Positions 1-9,521 of a stretch of DNA of 64,000 nt are shown one piece after another (position 1 is the stretch's first letter; every line of letters starts with the position of its first letter). Source of the stretch: Actinomycetes bacterium (GTDB lineage: Bacteria; Actinomycetota; Actinomycetes; JAWWOW01); assembly GCA_045807285.1 (NCBI GenBank), contig JBJMHR010000021.1:90612-154611 (forward strand), written 5' to 3'. Under the pieces are notes generated by a model. The model did no database searches. It was given only the letters and a program-made list of their open reading frames with translations, and was not told the DNA's origin. The position numbers were made by a program, and so were the translations under genes.

Positions 1-1560
1 GCCTGTCCACCGGCTGACCCGGCCAAGACCGGGCCGAAGACGCTGCCCGCAGCTGACCCGCCGAAGCTGCGACGAGACAAGATCCTCACCGTCGAAGACC
101 AGGACACCGGGCTCAACGTGCTTGCCAACGACGGGTCGAGCGCCGGACCGCTGACCTTGGTGTCGGTCTCCGACCCGCCGCACGGCAGCATCGCGTGGCT
201 GCCGTACGGGTGGGTGACCTACCGACCTGACAACGGGTACGTCGGATTCGACCAGCTGACCTACGCCGCAAAGGATGCGGCCGGTCAGGTCTCGACCGGG
301 GGCATCGTCGGCATCCGAATATGCAACGTGCCGGCGACCGCGGATGCGGTCTCACTTGTCGGCACGTTCAACCACCGGGTGGGCTTCCGATGGCGTGACC
401 ACGCGACGGCGCCGATCGGCGACAAGCTCGGCCTGTGGTCTTTCACGCAGCCGAGCCACGGGCGCACGGGCATCGTCGGGGACCAGCTCGTCTATGAGCC
501 CGCGCGCGGTTTCAGCGGTGTCGACCACTTCACCTACACGGTGACCGACGGCCAAGGATTCTGCTCGACGGCACCGGTCACGGTGCGGATACCAGTCGCC
601 ACCGAGGTCAGTCCGGTGCCACCCATCAGCCGCTCGCCAACGCCAACCCTGCCGGAGACGGGACCGCCGGGTCTCGGTTGGCTCGTCCTCGCGGGGCTCC
701 TATGCGTGGGCCTGGGGAGCAGCGCTGTGGTCGCGGGCCGCATCTGCAAACCGCGGGCGGCGCCGCACTCACGATTGGCGCGGCGGCAGTTCATCCATCG
801 CGGTCAGGATTCGACTGGCCCGCCAGCCGACCAGCACCGAGAGGCCGAACAACACGAGGGGCAACGCGAGAAGCCAGGAAGGTGCGTGAGTGCCGGCAAC
901 CCGCAGGCTCACCACAAGCGCGACCGCCACTGCGGTGATGCGGTGCGCCCACCGCCGCCACGTGGAAGCCGACGTCTCACTCGCCCAGACCCGACCTCGA
1001 ACGGCGGGATCGGCGACGACCTGCCGACGAGTGCGCAACCACGCGATCTCGTCAGCAGCGACCTCGGCACCGGCTTGCTGAAGCTCGTGCACTGCTCGCG
1101 CCGGGTCCCGCGTGCGCAGTCCCATCCCGTCGATGGTGGCTCCTTGCGGCGACAGTGTGTCCCCGCGGGTGAACGGCAAGTCGAGATGGGTGTTGTAGGC
1201 CGCGAGCCGCCGCAGCGGCGGAACCCGGACCGGGTGGTCCAACACGACGAGGATGTTCGGTTCGAGGAAGGTCCAGGTGGTCGGAAACGACGGCAGGGCA
1301 ATCGGTTCTTCGAACAGCTCCGCGTCGTCGTCGAGAGCGCCGGTGCCCAGCGTGTCGTCAAGGCGGACCACCGCGATGCTGCGCGTGGGTACGACGATCG
1401 GCTGATCCCCGAAGTACGCGGGCAGCCGCACCTCGAGGTTCTTGTCCACGATCACCATCGATGGCGGCCGCCGGCTCAGCGCGAAGCGGCGCAGGCCGAG
1501 GTCGCGCGCGTTCTGGTCCCGCCGCAGCCACACCGCGCGACGGGCCGCCAGGTGACGTAG
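1..1560 (+). CDS. LPXTG-anchored surface adhesin, C-terminal part (5' end outside window), with cadherin/Ig-like tandem repeats
   Basis: The frame is open from nt 1. Two ~95-aa repeats are present (NVLANDGSS...PDNGYVGFDQLTYAAKD and VYEPARGFSGVDHFTYTVTDGQG). They are followed by LPETG (nt 649-663), a hydrophobic helix and an RICKPR basic tail, which is a classic sortase sorting signal. There is no in-frame stop until 1560, so the true 3' end is uncertain; the functional end is expected near nt 770. Confidence 0.6.
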   Translation, partial: ACPPADPAKTGPKTLPAADPPKLRRDKILTVEDQDTGLNVLANDGSSAGPLTLVSVSDPPHGSIAWLPYGWVTYRPDNGYVGFDQLTYAAKDAAGQVSTGGIVGIRICNVPATADAVSLVGTFNHRVGFRWRDHATAPIGDKLGLWSFTQPSHGRTGIVGDQLVYEPARGFSGVDHFTYTVTDGQGFCSTAPVTVRIPVATEVSPVPPISRSPTPTLPETGPPGLGWLVLAGLLCVGLGSSAVVAGRICKPRAAPHSRLARRQFIHRGQDSTGPPADQHREAEQHEGQREKPGRCVSAGNPQAHHKRDRHCGDAVRPPPPRGSRRLTRPDPTSNGGIGDDLPTSAQPRDLVSSDLGTGLLKLVHCSRRVPRAQSHPVDGGSLRRQCVPAGERQVEMGVVGREPPQRRNPDRVVQHDEDVRFEEGPGGRKRRQGNRFFEQLRVVVESAGAQRVVKADHRDAARGYDDRLIPEVRGQPHLEVLVHDHHRWRPPAQREAAQAEVARVLVPPQPHRATGRQVT

Positions 1561-2001
1561 GCCGGCAAGGCCGAGCGCGCTGCCAATGGCAGCGATCAGG
1601 GCAACGAGCGCCATCACGGCCACGCCAAACCCGAGCTGCACCGGGTCATTGGCCTCTCGGTCGGTCCGGACGCGTCCATCGTGCGTGATGACCGTGACCG
1701 GGTCTCCGACGTGGTAGTCGCTGACCTCGTTATCGAGCCAAATCGTGGCGCGCTTGGGATGACCGCGGTCGGCGTACGTGACCACGATGCGGCCGCCGTC
1801 GAAGAAGTTCCATGACTGCGGCTGGCGCAGCCCGACGACGGAGCCGACGTGCCGGTCGCCATCCCGCAGGTCCCGGTCACCGCGCACGGTGGTCCAGACG
1901 AAGAAGACGACCGCGACGAGCACGGTGAAAAGCGCTGAGGCAGTGACCAGCCGCAGGAGCCGGGCCGTCCGGGCAGCGTGCGCCGTAGGGGAACCCGACA
2001 C
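769..2001 (-). CDS. Membrane protein with DUF3592-like N-terminal domain, bPH-like region and two C-terminal TM helices
   Basis: The 410-aa ORF has protein-like composition. It has an N-terminal TM followed by a YHVGDPVTVITHDGRV beta-rich motif typical of DUF3592, then VIVDKNLEVRLPAYFGDQPIVV (PH-like), then two hydrophobic helices at the C-terminus. The competing plus-strand frame here is R/Q/H/P-rich junk. Confidence 0.55.
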   Translation of the reverse strand: MSGSPTAHAARTARLLRLVTASALFTVLVAVVFFVWTTVRGDRDLRDGDRHVGSVVGLRQPQSWNFFDGGRIVVTYADRGHPKRATIWLDNEVSDYHVGDPVTVITHDGRVRTDREANDPVQLGFGVAVMALVALIAAIGSALGLAGLRHLAARRAVWLRRDQNARDLGLRRFALSRRPPSMVIVDKNLEVRLPAYFGDQPIVVPTRSIAVVRLDDTLGTGALDDDAELFEEPIALPSFPTTWTFLEPNILVVLDHPVRVPPLRRLAAYNTHLDLPFTRGDTLSPQGATIDGMGLRTRDPARAVHELQQAGAEVAADEIAWLRTRRQVVADPAVRGRVWASETSASTWRRWAHRITAVAVALVVSLRVAGTHAPSWLLALPLVLFGLSVLVGWRASRILTAMDELPPRQS

Positions 2002-2014
2002 AGCCGCCCTCCGG

Positions 2015-3415
2015 TCACCGCAGCGGTTGGAATACCACCGACCGCTTCACAACGTCGACCTCGGCCAGCCGAACCTTGATCTCCTGACCAAGTGGCAGAT
2101 CCGCGCCGTCGATGCGCCCGCGCACGGCCGGCTCGGCCAGCTGCACCTCCCCGGCCCGGCCGCGCGCCTCAACAACGACACCGTCGAAGACCTCGCCCAC
2201 GTGGCCGGACAACAGCAAGGCCTCGGCGAGATCGACCACCGCCCGGTCAACCCGATGGGCGCGCTGGTCACTGCCGGCCATGACCTCTGGGAGCACGGGC
2301 AACGCCGCACGCGCCCAGTCCGGGACTGCATGTCCAGCGCAGATCGCCAGGCACACCTCGCTGACATAGCGGTCGCCGAGACGTCGCAGCGGAGCGGTCG
2401 CATGTGCGTAGGGCGCCGCAACAGCCGAGTGCGTCGTCAGCGCCGGGGCACTGCCGTCGAAGGCGACGTACGCGGCACCGCGGAACAGGACCGACGCCAG
2501 CCGAAGCAGGGCGGCGTCCGCGGGCACATTGGGATCGAGTCGTCGCACGACATCGGCGTACGACGAACCCTCGGGCCACGAGACGCGTAAGGCGCCGGCG
2601 CTGCGACGCAACGAGGCCAGCGTCTCCGGGTCGGGCGGGGGCATCGTGCGCAGCAGCCCCACTTTCGCGGACAGCATGAGCTGTGCCGCAGCCATACCGG
2701 TGAGCAAGGACAGCTGGGCGTTCCAGTCCTCCACCGGCAGTGGCGCGCGGTAGTCCAGTTGCCAGTCGGTCCCGCTGCCGACGACCTGCTGCTCCGGCAC
2801 CGGCAACGAGACGCCACCGCGGGCGCGCTCACGTTGTTGCCGCACGGTGCCGACGTCGCGCAGGAGCCGGAAGGTCTCGCCGGCACGCAGTGACGGGTAG
2901 TCGAGCTGTCCCCGGCTGCGCACCAGAGCACGGCGTACGTCGGTCGCTGTCGGCTCACCGTCGCCGTCAAGCTCGACCCGCCACAGGACGGCAGGCCGGT
3001 CCTCGTTCGGGAGCAGGCTGGCGGCACCTTCCGACAATGACGGCGGATGCAGCGGGATGCGCCCGTCCGGAAGATAGAGCGTCTCTCCACGACGGCGTGC
3101 CTCGGCGTCGACGCACCCATTCGGTGCGACGAACGCGGCGACGTCCGCGATGGCGTACCAGACAACGAACCCGGTGGGGCTGCGCTCCAACGCGAAAGCC
3201 TGGTCGAGGTCGCGCGATCCCGGCGGATCCAGCGTCACGAGCGGCAGGTCGGTCGCGTCGCGACGTTCCGCTCGCCATGCGGTTGCCGTCGCTGCCGCCC
3301 CGGCTTCGGTCAGCACGTCGGCCGGGAAGGCCGCGGGCAACTCGAGCGCCGCCCGCAGTTGGGCGAGTGGCCCGTCGATGTCAGGGCCGCGCAGAGTTGT
3401 GGGTCGCACGTGCAC
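2015..3415 (-). CDS. RNB-domain ribonuclease (RNase II/R family) with C-terminal S1-like domain
   Basis: LVTLDPPGSRDLDQAF...YAIADVAAFV...GETLYLPDGRIPLHP matches RNB catalytic motifs. The C-terminus GEVFDGVVVEARGRAGEVQL...IKVRL is S1-like. Confidence 0.8.
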   Translation of the reverse strand: MHVRPTTLRGPDIDGPLAQLRAALELPAAFPADVLTEAGAAATATAWRAERRDATDLPLVTLDPPGSRDLDQAFALERSPTGFVVWYAIADVAAFVAPNGCVDAEARRRGETLYLPDGRIPLHPPSLSEGAASLLPNEDRPAVLWRVELDGDGEPTATDVRRALVRSRGQLDYPSLRAGETFRLLRDVGTVRQQRERARGGVSLPVPEQQVVGSGTDWQLDYRAPLPVEDWNAQLSLLTGMAAAQLMLSAKVGLLRTMPPPDPETLASLRRSAGALRVSWPEGSSYADVVRRLDPNVPADAALLRLASVLFRGAAYVAFDGSAPALTTHSAVAAPYAHATAPLRRLGDRYVSEVCLAICAGHAVPDWARAALPVLPEVMAGSDQRAHRVDRAVVDLAEALLLSGHVGEVFDGVVVEARGRAGEVQLAEPAVRGRIDGADLPLGQEIKVRLAEVDVVKRSVVFQPLR

Positions 3416-3431
3416 CTCGCGACCTTAGAAG

Positions 3432-4097
3432 TCAGGCGAGAACAGCAGCGGCGCGACCATGGTGCGCCAAGCCTTCGCGACGGGCTACGCGGATCGACCA
3501 GACCACCGTCAACGTGACGGCCAGGCAGGTGAGGCCCGGGTTGAGGACTGTCTTCGCCAGCACGAAGGCGTTGGCGGACAACGTCAGCAACAACGTCAAC
3601 GTGATCGCCGCGTTGACCATGAGAACGCTGGCCCAGAACAGGGTGAGACCGCGGAACAACCGTTGTACGCCGTGCCGGTTGGCATCTTGCTCACGCAGCG
3701 GGCAGAACTGCACGGCGAGCTTGTTGACGAGCGGACGGCCGACCATGACCGAGCCGAAGAACGCCAACGAAACCGCAGCGGTACCGAAGACCGGCTGCAG
3801 GAAGTAGATGAAGGTGCTTCCACTGCCGATGCTGGCGATCGTCCGAGCCGTCAGGCCGAGCATGGCGACCACGACCAGCGTGGGCACCGGCCGCCCGCGT
3901 GCGATGCGTCGAAGGATGAGGGCCGCCGCATAGCCCAAGGCGGCGAACAACGCCGGCCACGCGCCGGCAAAGTGCCAGACGACGAAGAAGATCCCGGACG
4001 GTATGACGGTCGCTTCCACCACACGCGGGATCACATGGTGGGTCACGACCTGTCGGGGCCGAAGGCCGTCCCCGAGCACGGGAAGGTGGGCAGTCAC
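3432..4097 (-). CDS. Integral membrane protein (5-6 TM), function unknown
   Basis: 221 aa and strongly hydrophobic, with several predicted helices. No catalytic motifs were recognised. Confidence 0.5.
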   Translation of the reverse strand: MTAHLPVLGDGLRPRQVVTHHVIPRVVEATVIPSGIFFVVWHFAGAWPALFAALGYAAALILRRIARGRPVPTLVVVAMLGLTARTIASIGSGSTFIYFLQPVFGTAAVSLAFFGSVMVGRPLVNKLAVQFCPLREQDANRHGVQRLFRGLTLFWASVLMVNAAITLTLLLTLSANAFVLAKTVLNPGLTCLAVTLTVVWSIRVARREGLAHHGRAAAVLA

Positions 4098-4482
4098 AGC
4101 GCGAGGCCTCCAGTTCGTGCGGCCGGAGGATGCCGATGTGCTGCATGCTCGGGTATGTCGTGATTCAACGTATGCCCTAGGTATCGGAACGACCAGGCAG
4201 GTGATGAAGTGCCGAGCCGGTCAACTTCGATCAGGCCTCGAAGCGCTAGCTCATCCCCAGGCTCGGTCAGCAAATGTCTCGGGCGGGACGGATCTGGCTC
4301 AAGTTTTCGTCGAAGTTGTCCCATGTACACCCGCGGATAGGTGACACGAGGCGGTAGTTCGCTCCGCGCCCCCCTCGCGAGTGGGATCGTGTCAGTCGGC
4401 GGCGCGAGATCTTTACCGTTTGAACGGAAGACTTCAGTCGACGTGACCTGAGCAGCGACGGGGCCTGAGAGGTACATCTCGC

Positions 4483-5190
4483 ATGAAGGGCGAGCTCGCC
4501 AGAGTCCTCACGGACGCAGCGACCGAGGCGGTGCGTCCGTTGCAGCGAGCGGACGCGATCCGGCCGACGACCGGTGGCCCGGCCGGCAACGCTCGGCTGA
4601 CGGCGTGGGTCGGCACGGCACTGCTCGTCGTATTCCTGCTCGAAGGTGTGACGCTCCTGTCGTTGCACAACATGCTGACGCTGCACATCGTCGTCGGGAC
4701 CGCGCTCGTTCCGCTCGTCTTCCTCAAGACGCTGACCACGGGTTGGCGCATAGTCCGCTATTACGGAGGCGATCCGGACTACCGCCACGCCGGCCCTCCG
4801 TCACTCGCGTTCCGTGTGCTCGGCCCGGTGGTTGTCCTCGCGGGCTTCGCCGTGCTCGGCACGGGTTTGGCACTCATCCCGCTCGGCGCGTCGAGCTTTC
4901 GGTCAATCGTCACGATCCACGGTGCCCGCGTTAGCCCGTTGACCTTGCACAAGGCAGCGTTCATCGGTTGGTTCGCCATCACAGCTCTGCACGTGATCGG
5001 TCGGCTGGTCCGCGCAGGTCAGCTAATGGGAATCGGCGAGCGTTCCCACCGCGTCGTACCTGGCACGTGGGCTCGCGCCGTTGTCGTCATCGTCGCTCTC
5101 GCCGGTGGCCTCGTCGCGGGTGTCGCTGTCAATAGTGCGTCACATACGTGGACGAACGGCTCGCTCACCACGGAAAACGGCAACACCTAG
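4483..5190 (+). CDS. Integral membrane protein, function unknown
   Basis: 235 aa with about 5 hydrophobic helices. It follows a 385-bp non-coding leader. Confidence 0.5.
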   Translation: MKGELARVLTDAATEAVRPLQRADAIRPTTGGPAGNARLTAWVGTALLVVFLLEGVTLLSLHNMLTLHIVVGTALVPLVFLKTLTTGWRIVRYYGGDPDYRHAGPPSLAFRVLGPVVVLAGFAVLGTGLALIPLGASSFRSIVTIHGARVSPLTLHKAAFIGWFAITALHVIGRLVRAGQLMGIGERSHRVVPGTWARAVVVIVALAGGLVAGVAVNSASHTWTNGSLTTENGNT

Positions 5191-5316
5191 GGCCGCTTGC
5201 CCCACGCTTCGGGCCTGTCCACGGCTCCGTGACACCTACTGCGTCCATCACGCGCATTGCCTCGTCGTCGGTGTCCCGTTCTATGAATTACGGGCGGGAG
5301 GGCACATCATCGTTAC

Positions 5317-7035
5317 GTGACGCAAACAGACGCGCCAGCGACGACGGTCCCGACCTCGCCGCTGCTCGAGCGCGTTCGGCAGGGCGTCATCGGCGACCAC
5401 GAGGTGATCGACGGGCCGTACGGCCCACGGCGAGTGACCTACGCCGACTACACCGCGTCCGGGCGCGCACTCGACTTCATCGAGGACTTCATTCGCGACG
5501 AGGTGCTGCCGCGCTACGCGAACACACACACCGAGAGCTCCGGCACCGGGTTGCAGACGACCAGGCTGCGCGAGGACGCCCGTGAGGTGATCCGGGTCGC
5601 CATCGGCGGTGATGAAGACACACTCGTCATCTTCTGCGGCTCCGGTGCCACCGGCGCCGTCGACAAGCTGATCGGCATCCTGAACCTCCGCATCCCCGCC
5701 GACCTCGACGACCGTTACCGGCTCTCCGACGCGATTCCGCCTGACGAACGGCCTGTCGTGTTCATCGGGCCCTACGAGCATCACTCCAACGAGTTGCCCT
5801 GGCGCGAGTCGATCGCTGACGTCATCGAGATCAACGAGGACCCCGACGGGCACGTCGACCTCGCAATGCTTGCGGAGAAGCTGCAGGACTACGCCGAGCG
5901 CCCGCTGCTCATCGGCAGTTTCTCCGCGGCGTCCAACGTCACGGGCATCCGCACCGACACGGCCGCCATCTCCGCGTTGTTGCATCAGCACGGTGCGCTG
6001 TCGTTCTGGGACTACGCCGCGGCTGCGCCGTACATCCCGATCACGATGGGCTCACCGGCGACCGGTCCGGACTACATGGACGCGGTGTTCATCTCGCCGC
6101 ACAAGTTCATCGGTGGTCCGGGCTCACCCGGCGTACTCGTCGTACGACGCGACCTGGTGGGTAACCGCGTGCCGACGGTTCCGGGTGGCGGGACCGTTGC
6201 CTATGTGAACCCGAGCGAGCAGCAGTACCTCGCCGACCCGGTGCTGCGCGAGGAAGGCGGCACGCCGAACATCATCGGCTCGATCCGCGCCGGACTGGTC
6301 TTCCAGCTGAAGGAAGCCGTCGGCACGGACCTCATCCAGGCGCGCGAGGAACGGTTCTGGCAACGCGCTCTGTCGGCATGGCGCAACCACCCCAACATCG
6401 TCCTGCTCGGTGACACCAAAGCCGCGCGCCTGTCCATCGTGTCCTTCGTGGTGGGCTACGGCCGCGGATACCTGCATCACAACTTCGTCGTCGCGCTGCT
6501 CAATGACGTCTTCGGGATCCAGGCCCGTGGCGGCTGCTCGTGCGCTGGGCCGTACGGGCACCGACTGTTGGGCATCGACCTCGACCGGTCGCATGCTTTT
6601 CAACGTGAAATCACGAACGGCTGCGAGGGCATCAAGCCGGGCTGGACACGCGTCAACTTCAACTACTTCATCTCGGACGCGGTCTGCGACTACGTGGTCG
6701 ACGCCGTACAGCTCATCGCCGAGCACGGGTGGAAGTTGCTCACCGACTACACCTTCGACCCGACCACAGGACTCTGGCATCACCGCGCCGCGCCGACAGA
6801 GCCGCCGATCCGGCTCACCCAGCTTGGGTACGACGACGCCGGGCAGCTGCGGTATCCAACACACCACAGCCGCGCCGACGAGAGTGCGCTGGCGGGATAC
6901 CTAGACGCAGCCCGACGGTTGTTCGCGCAGCGGGCAGACACCGCGGTGTGGAACGACAACGAAGCGAGTGCACTGGGCGATGATTTCGAGACGTTGCGCT
7001 GGTTCCCGCTTCCGGCCAGGTGCCTGCAGCCCTGA
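5317..7035 (+). CDS. Aminotransferase class V-fold PLP-dependent enzyme (cysteine desulfurase-like, long form)
   Basis: Contains the ISPHKFIGGPGSPGVLVV PLP-lysine motif, plus ANTHTESSGTG and GGCSCAGPYGHRLLG. The 572-aa length with a C-terminal extension is typical of the actinobacterial long NifS-like family. Confidence 0.85.
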   Translation: MTQTDAPATTVPTSPLLERVRQGVIGDHEVIDGPYGPRRVTYADYTASGRALDFIEDFIRDEVLPRYANTHTESSGTGLQTTRLREDAREVIRVAIGGDEDTLVIFCGSGATGAVDKLIGILNLRIPADLDDRYRLSDAIPPDERPVVFIGPYEHHSNELPWRESIADVIEINEDPDGHVDLAMLAEKLQDYAERPLLIGSFSAASNVTGIRTDTAAISALLHQHGALSFWDYAAAAPYIPITMGSPATGPDYMDAVFISPHKFIGGPGSPGVLVVRRDLVGNRVPTVPGGGTVAYVNPSEQQYLADPVLREEGGTPNIIGSIRAGLVFQLKEAVGTDLIQAREERFWQRALSAWRNHPNIVLLGDTKAARLSIVSFVVGYGRGYLHHNFVVALLNDVFGIQARGGCSCAGPYGHRLLGIDLDRSHAFQREITNGCEGIKPGWTRVNFNYFISDAVCDYVVDAVQLIAEHGWKLLTDYTFDPTTGLWHHRAAPTEPPIRLTQLGYDDAGQLRYPTHHSRADESALAGYLDAARRLFAQRADTAVWNDNEASALGDDFETLRWFPLPARCLQP

Positions 7036-7264
7036 TCGCCGCCGCATCACACCCGTGCAGGATCTGTCACCAGGCGAGAGCAGTGCGGACAGGCGGCAAT
7101 CCCGTCCGGATCGAACTCGCCTTCGGCCGGCAGCACGATTCGGCCGGCACCACAAAGGGCGCGCCGTTGCAGCCGCTTGCGGATGACCGCGTGCCGCCTG
7201 CCGTCGGTGCATATGCCCACTTTGTAGGCCGCTCGCGTCACTAAAAGGACACCGCCTCTTCTTG

Positions 7265-7316
7265 CTTGCCGACCGGCTAGCAACGATTCTTGGGTAGGTT
7301 ACCCGGTGTCGGCAAG
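7265..7316. promoter_or_regulatory. Inverted repeat CTTGCCGAC-N34-GTCGGCAAG (inner GCTAGC palindrome) immediately upstream of tetR start
   Basis: Read directly: 7265-7273 is the reverse complement of 7308-7316. It lies 12 nt upstream of the TetR ATG, so it is a candidate operator or leader hairpin. Confidence 0.35.
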
Positions 7317-7327
7317 CGGGAGGTGGA

Positions 7328-7963
7328 ATGCCGGAATCCCCGTCAGTTGTCTCGCTGACGCCCAACCCGGGGACCCGGCTGGCGATCCTTGCCGCCGCGA
7401 GGGAGCTGTTCGAGGAGCGCGGCTACGACGCCACCTCACTCCGATTGATCGCCGAGAAGGTCGGGACGACCAAAGCGGCGGTGTACTACCACTTTCCGGC
7501 CAAGGAACAGATGCTGCTGGAGCTCACCCGGCCCATGCTCGATGCGTTCGCGGATCTGGTGGCGCGATTTCGCTACGCCGGTGCTGGCCGATCGGAACCG
7601 CTGTCGGTCCTCGAGTCCTATCTGGATCTGTTCCTCGATCACATGGGTGTCGTCGGGTTGCTGGCGCGCGAACCGGCGACGCAGCACCACCCCGACATCG
7701 GTCGGCGGCTGCGACTGCTCGCAGAGGCGGTTCAGCAGCACATGGCGGGCGACGAACCCACAGATGAGAGCCTGACGCGCGCCGCATGCGCCATGGGTGT
7801 CATCCACGCGGTCTCGAGCCTCACGCCGGGCACGGCGAGCTCGCAACGGTCAATCGTGCTCGCCGCCGCAGCCGCCGCACTCTCGGCTACGTCGGCTGCG
7901 TCCCCAACCACCGGTCCGAGGCGGAAGCGACCCCCAGCCCGCACAGCTGTCCGACGCTCATGA
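7328..7963 (+). CDS. TetR/AcrR family transcriptional regulator
   Basis: N-terminal HTH LAILAAARELFEERGYDATSLRLIAEKVGTTKAAVYYHFPAKE. Confidence 0.85.
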   Translation: MPESPSVVSLTPNPGTRLAILAAARELFEERGYDATSLRLIAEKVGTTKAAVYYHFPAKEQMLLELTRPMLDAFADLVARFRYAGAGRSEPLSVLESYLDLFLDHMGVVGLLAREPATQHHPDIGRRLRLLAEAVQQHMAGDEPTDESLTRAACAMGVIHAVSSLTPGTASSQRSIVLAAAAAALSATSAASPTTGPRRKRPPARTAVRRS

Positions 7964-7966
7964 GCA

Positions 7967-9355
7967 TCAGCTGGCGCGCCGGATCGGCCTGACGACAAGG
8001 AAACCGCCGGCAACAAGGAGAACCACTCCCCCGGCCAGCAGGCCGAGCGCCACCCACTTCAACGCAGGGAACGTTGCACCGATGTCGCCGCGGAAGTGCA
8101 CGCCTGGTGCCGCGTTGGCGTTCATCACCACGACCGACCAGTCACCACTCTGGGCATGCCACGCGATCGACTGCCGGTCGGAGCCCGCTGCACTGGCGGC
8201 CCAGATTCCGGCCGCCGCCGGCGGCACCGGCGGCGTGCGGTTCCCCACCAGCGTCGTCGAGCTGTGACCGGCGAAGTCATGCAGCGTCGTGTGCGGCACG
8301 CCGGCGAGGTAACCGTCGACCTGGTCGCTGCGGCCGATCCCGACGAATGTCGGAGTCGCACCGGTGCCCGTGACGCGAACGCGCACAGTGCCGAGAATGC
8401 GGCCCTGCCAGCCCGAGTCGAATCCCCTGTTCCCGAAGCTCACGCGCTCGCTGGTCACGGCGTACCCGCCGCTGTTGAAGCTCGATGTGTTCGACGTGAC
8501 GTAACCGTCCGTCCGCGTCGTCTGCGCCCACAGGGCAACGCCACCGCCTGCAAGCAGGCCGAGGGACAACAGGGTGATTAACACACCAACGACCACGCTG
8601 ACGATGCGACCGGCGGTCCAGCCTCCGCGCGGTTGGCCAGACCCGGGCACAGCATCGGGTGCGGCGGCCGGCCCGGCCGCGGGCATCGTCAACGTTGCGC
8701 CCGGCTCGTGTCCCCCCATGTCGAGCCGGAACGGCGGATATTCGTCGGTCATCAAGGCGGCGTACGACGCGACCCGCAATGCCCACCTGTTCATGCCGAG
8801 CACGAAGTCGAAGATGGATGTCGGATACCGGCCGGTGAACAGCAACGCGACGCCAGCGAACAAGGCGAGCAGGCCGACGAGACCACCGGGAACACCGGCT
8901 GTGTGAGCGTCATGCGTCGCCACCCACACCCCGCCGCCGAGAAACACACCGACGATGAGGTAGTGCGGGATCGCGAGCAGCCACCACTTCACCAGCGCAA
9001 GCCCGCGCGACAAATGCTCCGGATAGGCAATCTCGAGTCGCGCCGAGTAGTCGGGTACGTCCTTCAGCGTGAACGGCGGATAGCGGTCGGTCGCCAGCGC
9101 ACCGAACGTGTAGTAGTGCACCCGCCACGTCCACCGAAGCACGCCCACATTGAAATCGAAGATCCCCCGCGGATAGCGCCCGGTGAACAGGATGCCGAAG
9201 AACGCGACGATGCTCGACAGCACGAAGGCGACCCACAAGAACACGAGCAGGACGTAGTGCGGAATCGCCATCAGCCACTTGACCAGCCAGAGCCCTCGCG
9301 ACAGTTCTGGGTCCAGCGTCGCCTCGACGCGAACCGGATATGTGCCCACACTCAT
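7967..9355 (-). CDS. DUF4389 domain-containing membrane protein (two DUF4389 repeats)
   Basis: The motif LVKWLMAIPHYVLL...FFGILFTGRYPRGIFDFNVGVLRW is duplicated (second copy LVKWWLLAIPHYLIV...LFTGRYPTSIFDFVLGMNRW). The C-terminal region carries a TM helix. Confidence 0.75.
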   Translation of the reverse strand: MSVGTYPVRVEATLDPELSRGLWLVKWLMAIPHYVLLVFLWVAFVLSSIVAFFGILFTGRYPRGIFDFNVGVLRWTWRVHYYTFGALATDRYPPFTLKDVPDYSARLEIAYPEHLSRGLALVKWWLLAIPHYLIVGVFLGGGVWVATHDAHTAGVPGGLVGLLALFAGVALLFTGRYPTSIFDFVLGMNRWALRVASYAALMTDEYPPFRLDMGGHEPGATLTMPAAGPAAAPDAVPGSGQPRGGWTAGRIVSVVVGVLITLLSLGLLAGGGVALWAQTTRTDGYVTSNTSSFNSGGYAVTSERVSFGNRGFDSGWQGRILGTVRVRVTGTGATPTFVGIGRSDQVDGYLAGVPHTTLHDFAGHSSTTLVGNRTPPVPPAAAGIWAASAAGSDRQSIAWHAQSGDWSVVVMNANAAPGVHFRGDIGATFPALKWVALGLLAGGVVLLVAGGFLVVRPIRRAS

Positions 9356-9521
9356 GAGACTCGCCTCCCTGCGCTACCACGTTCTCGCGGCAACGACGTA
9401 CCGACTAGAGGCCTTTCGTCAGCAGTTACGTACGACGGCGCCGGGTCCTCCACGCTGCAAGCGGTGAGTTTGCGCCCCCGCAACCGTCTGTACTTCGAAC
9501 CTGTCTTCCGGAGGTACGCCG

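Noticed and set aside
2740-3807. 355-aa plus-strand ORF
   Set aside because: Antisense to the RNB ribonuclease. Arg/Ala-rich.
7047-7283. 78-aa minus-strand ORF with four Cys (C..C..CPHC) divergent from tetR
   Set aside because: The Cys spacing (C-x19-C ... C-x2-C) is not a canonical zinc ribbon. There is no SD. It overlaps the tetR leader palindrome. It is kept only as a remark.
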